From positions 1 to 32,000 of the forward strand of contig JBBABY010000004.1 of NCBI GenBank assembly GCA_041657425.1: 32,000 nucleotides of DNA, written 5' to 3'. The notes below the pieces were generated by a model that had not been told where the DNA came from, searched no databases, and worked only from the letters and a program-made list of their open reading frames with translations. Of this stretch, positions 31,429 to 32,000 are shown in pieces. Position 1 is the stretch's first letter. The number at the start of each line of letters is the position of its first letter. Position numbers and translations under genes: made by a program. The DNA comes from an archaeon. GTDB taxonomy: Archaea; Iainarchaeota; Iainarchaeia; Iainarchaeales; CSSED10-239.

Positions 31429-31974
31429 CTAAGCATTCGTTATTTGATTATATTTTTTAATTTCTTCTATAGTCATTATCGGCTTTCTTGCTTTATACCA
31501 TTGTTTAAAATCAATAACTCCTTTTTTTACTTTGTCTGTAGGATAAACTTCTAAAATTTCATTAATATTAAATTTCCCACTTCTTAATAAAAAATCTACA
31601 GGAATATTTGCATCTCTATATGCAATTAATACTTTAGGATCTTTTGGCGAATAATAATTATAAACCCTATTAATTACTTTGTTAATTTCTGCATCCGTTA
31701 AAACAGTGCCCAATCTAATAGCTTCCTTATCTTTTGTAATGTATTCTAATAATTCATTTAATTTTGTTCTAATTTCTTTTGCATCACGATTACTAATTTC
31801 TTTTATATTTACTTCTTTAATTTGTTTTAATGTTCTTTCAGCATCTATCAGAGAAGTAATTTCAGTTAGATATATTTTCATTACATCCATTGGATAATCA
31901 CGATTATTTCTCTTTAGTGCAATCTGTTTTTTCATTTCTGGTTCTTTTAAAACTTCTAAACCATAATTATACAT
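31429..31974 (-). CDS. Hypothetical protein
   Basis: 181-aa ORF preceded by GGAG 3 nt upstream of the ATG. It is helical and K/E-rich, with no motif I can assign. An upstream minus-strand frame appears to end at TAA 31967-31969, overlapping its start. Confidence 0.4.
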   Translation of the reverse strand: MYNYGLEVLKEPEMKKQIALKRNNRDYPMDVMKIYLTEITSLIDAERTLKQIKEVNIKEISNRDAKEIRTKLNELLEYITKDKEAIRLGTVLTDAEINKVINRVYNYYSPKDPKVLIAYRDANIPVDFLLRSGKFNINEILEVYPTDKVKKGVIDFKQWYKARKPIMTIEEIKKYNQITNA

Positions 31975-32000
31975 TTCTCCATAAGATATTCCGGCATTCT

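Noticed and set aside
23901-31897. Track ORFs 23901-24155, 24983-25189, 26998-27228, 27457-27705, 27856-28059, 29699-30001, 29958-30146, 30251-30538 and 31679-31897 (all +)
   Set aside because: These are antisense shadows of well-supported minus-strand genes (PLD, alaS, hisS and others). ORF 23901-24155 also runs across tRNA-Pro.
31429-31974. Resemblance of DYPMDVMKIYLTEITSLIDAER to sigma-70 region 1.2 (DPVRMYLREIG..LLT.EEE)
   Set aside because: The match is a short single motif in an otherwise archaeal gene context. No region 2 or region 4 motifs are visible, so I treat the resemblance as chance.
31967-32000. Partial minus-strand CDS at the right edge, ending at TAA 31967-31969
   Set aside because: Only ~11 codons are visible (..ECRNILWRNV*), which is too short to support as a feature. 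It is mentioned only as context for the 181-aa gene.

Overview
This window is visibly AT-rich and extremely gene-dense. I call 31 CDS (27 on the minus strand) and 3 tRNAs, with many 0-60 nt gaps and ATGA/TGATG-type start/stop overlaps. No rRNA, CRISPR array, transposase or integrase was seen.

The gene content points to a small-genome archaeon of DPANN type; this is inference. Supporting features are TATA-box promoters about 25 nt upstream of starts, class III (archaeal pilin) signal peptides, a Lig1-type ATP-dependent DNA ligase, archaeal-type ProRS, Trm5, a DUF63-like membrane protein, ScpA/ScpB, and a tRNA-His with encoded G-1.

Housekeeping genes:
- alaS, hisS, proS, lig, trm5, scpA and scpB
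- a Prs-like protein
- tRNA-Asn(GTT), tRNA-Pro(TGG) and tRNA-His(GTG)

Accessory or unusual content:
1. A Tad/type-IV-pilus-like machine is split over two loci. One locus holds a secretion ATPase with an N-terminal poly-ferredoxin domain plus two TadB/C-like membrane proteins (364-3728). The other holds two pilin-signal-peptide proteins, one an 1118-aa duplicated GLUG beta-helix adhesin, next to a divergent KaiC/ArlH-like ATPase (14470-20015).
2. An unknown ~676-aa protein lies between scpA and scpB. It is split by a -1 frame change exactly at a T7 (U UUU UUU) run.
3. A translationally coupled trio encodes a double-wHTH protein, a Pol-beta-type nucleotidyltransferase (AbiE-like) and a membrane-anchored two-HKD PLD enzyme.
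4. A RelE-like TA cassette is bracketed by 46-bp direct repeats exactly 700 bp apart. The repeats are duplicated promoter modules.
5. A Fic protein sits behind a tandemly duplicated promoter/operator.
6. Two overlapping AbrB mini-ORFs are present.
7. Two of the three tRNAs sit immediately upstream of their cognate synthetase genes.

All functional calls rest on motif recognition by eye. No searches were run.
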